A DNA stretch of 64,000 nt from Camelus dromedarius. Lineage: Eukaryota. A model generated the notes under the pieces. That model saw only the letters and a list, made by a program, of their open reading frames with translations, did not search any database and had not been told where the DNA came from. Position numbers and translations under genes: made by a program. Location: assembly GCF_036321535.1 (NCBI RefSeq), contig NC_087436.1, positions 11,346,001 through 11,410,000 of the forward strand. Direction: 5' to 3'. This document shows, piece after piece, positions 61,933-64,000 of the stretch; the first letter of the stretch is position 1; each line of letters starts with the position of its first letter.

Positions 61933-64000
61933 CGTGCCGGGAGGGGTCCTGTCAGGGGAGACGCCCTCAGAGAAGCCCGGCTCTCCAGGGGCTGGGACAG
62001 GGACAAGCTTCCGACCCGCCACCTTCTCTCTGGCCTTCATGCCCGCCCGTGGGTCTCCCAGGACCCAGGGAGCTGTGTGCAGTGGGGCCGAGTCCTGCCC
62101 CTTCCTTCACCTCCACAGCCGCAGCCGCAGGGCCCGGAGCCCCAGGAGCCTCCGCTGCCTTGGGCACCTTGGTCCCTTTCACTCGGTGGCCGGAAATCGA
62201 GGCCTGAGAGGTCGTCCTCTCCTTCAGGGACAGCCCAGCTCCAGGTGGCCGTGAGGATCCCCAGCGTGGGCCAGTCAGCACATCCAGACGTGGGCCAGTC
62301 TCCGCACAGCTCAGCAGCTCCTTCCAGAAAATGCTAACACGGGGGAAAGAACACGCATTAAGGAGATAAACACCATGTACATAATCGACAGTGTTTTACC
62401 AGTTTTTTTCTGGATTCAAACACATACATTTCCAAACAAAAAGGAATTGTAGTCAGTTAGGATAGCAGAGCCTGGTAATGGTTAATTAATGTGATTTTGT
62501 TAATGAAAAGAGACTCAACAGGAAAGCTACACAGTACACTATTTACATATAAAACCCTGTGATACCAGGACCGGCTTCACAGTGAGGAGGAGCAGGGAAG
62601 GGTGGGGGAGACTCACTGGATGTGAACATGGGACATGTTGGCTTAACCGTGTGTCCTCCCCTCCCCCCATGCACAGTTCCTATACTGAATCTGTAAATCT
62701 CAGCACATCGGAATGGGACTCTTTGTGGTGAGAAGGGCTGTAAAATGTTGATTAAGTTAAAATGAGGCTGCTGGGGAGAGGCCCTAGTTCAACACTGACT
62801 GGTCACCTTGGAAGAGACGTCTGGGACAGGCACCCACGGAGGAAAGGAGGTCCCAGGCAGGAAGCGGCCCCCTGGGAGCCCCCGAGCCAGGGCTCAGGGG
62901 TAAGTGAACCTCCTGGCCCTTTGATCAGCAGCTTCCAGCCTCCAGAATTGTGACAGAATCAGTGTCTATTGTTGAAGTCATCCCAGCGGTGTTCTGCATG
63001 GCAGCCCTTGGAAAGGAATACATTGCTCTACTCTGTATCTGTTATTTTACAGGCTGAACATGTTCTGTGTGGATACAGTTTCACAAGGGTCACCAGCCAC
63101 TGTTCCCAGTGGGCTCCTGCCCCAGGCAACAGGCCAGCTCCTCTCCCTTCTGTGAGCCACACTCTCCCTCTAATCCAAGGGTCCAGATCCTTTCTGTCTC
63201 TGTCTCTTAGGGAAATGCTGGGATTACAGCAAACCCAAAGCCAGACCTACCATTACAAGTAACTGACCTGAGTTGGCTGCCATTTCAAATACTTGACAAC
63301 AATACTTTCTTTCTGAGACAGGAAGAGAAGAGCACAGTCATTTTGGATAAGGACCCCAGAAGCAATTTGAGCAAAGCATGCCTTTAGGCTCAAGAACAAA
63401 GGCCCTGGGGGCCTGAGTCCTAGAAGCAAAGAAACAAAAAAGAAACAGGCTTAAAGAATAACTTTATCTCTGTGACACTAACAAGTACACATAATTGCCA
63501 CAAGACAAGAAGTTCAACTATCAATTTCCTGTTCCTTTTGTCCCTGTGTTTTCCTGCAGAAAATTCTCATGCCTCCTTTCCCCCCTCACAGAAACACTCC
63601 CCATTCCTGATAGTCACTGGGGAGCCTTCTGGTGCTGATCAAAGAAGTTTGACACATTATGGAAATGTCTGATCATGAAACAAACCCCTCCCTTTTTGTT
63701 ATAAAAGCAAAACTTGCCCCTTCTGCTCGAGGAGGTGTAACGTTTTTCTACCTTTTCCCTTGTGCACAAGGGATCTCTTTTAATACAAAGCTCTGCTCGC
63801 CTAAGAGTCCTGTGGAAATGATAGTCATTTCTCTGGTATTGCTGTCCAAGTATCTGGAAAGGGCCTAGTGACGTAAGATGGGGAGCTAGGAGGGAGGCTG
63901 AGCCAGGACCTCTTTGGGCCCCCAGGCTCCCGGGATCCCAGAGGAGGAGATTCCTTCTGGGGCAGAGGGCAGAGCTGCCTGAAGTGCTTTTGTTTCAGTG
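61367..64000 (-). repeat. Inverted duplication arm B (runs off the window end)
   Basis: The last window bases reverse-complement to 26998 onward (CACTGAAACAAAAGC.CTTCAGGCAGCTCTGCC). The ORF track gives mirrored, near-identical peptides for both arms. Confidence 0.95.

Noticed and set aside
61367..64000. Arm identity as a pure assembly duplication artefact
   Set aside because: The arms carry many discrete SNVs and indels (5, 2, 12 and 7 nt, and A-tract length) and continue into progressively diverged paralogous sequence. Read-level confirmation is still advisable.
1..64000. Prokaryotic systems (CRISPR arrays, operons, site-specific invertase)
   Set aside because: The sequence is mammalian, and I saw no regularly spaced repeats or recombinase ORF.

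Overview
Mammalian genomic DNA, probably a camelid (inferred from vic-1-type tRNA-derived SINEs). The window holds a TRIM60/61/75-family cluster of four genes whose coding sequences each lie in one exon (RING, B-box2, coiled coil, PRY-SPRY): TRIM75 (minus, 2033-3478), TRIM60 (minus, 34418-35833) and two convergent TRIM60/75-like paralogs, A (plus, 29077-30462) and B (minus, 60547-61932). A and B lie in an inverted duplication bracketing TRIM60. The outer arms (upstream DNA plus the first ~190 codons, at least 2.6 kb) are ~99% identical. The coiled-coil/SPRY halves differ at ~50 residues, and the inner flanks fall to roughly 70-80% identity. This suggests gene conversion, and possibly an invertible ~32 kb cassette that would swap C-terminal halves between the two 5' ends. 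Other contents: an ~85% GC SPRY region in TRIM75, candidate promoters and non-coding first exons, an ATP5F1C processed pseudogene, a two-LTR ERV remnant, ERV-L-like pol remnants, many solo LTRs, L1 3' fragments, SINEs and MER fossils. All identities are by-eye estimates, gene names are from recall, and repeat boundaries are approximate.
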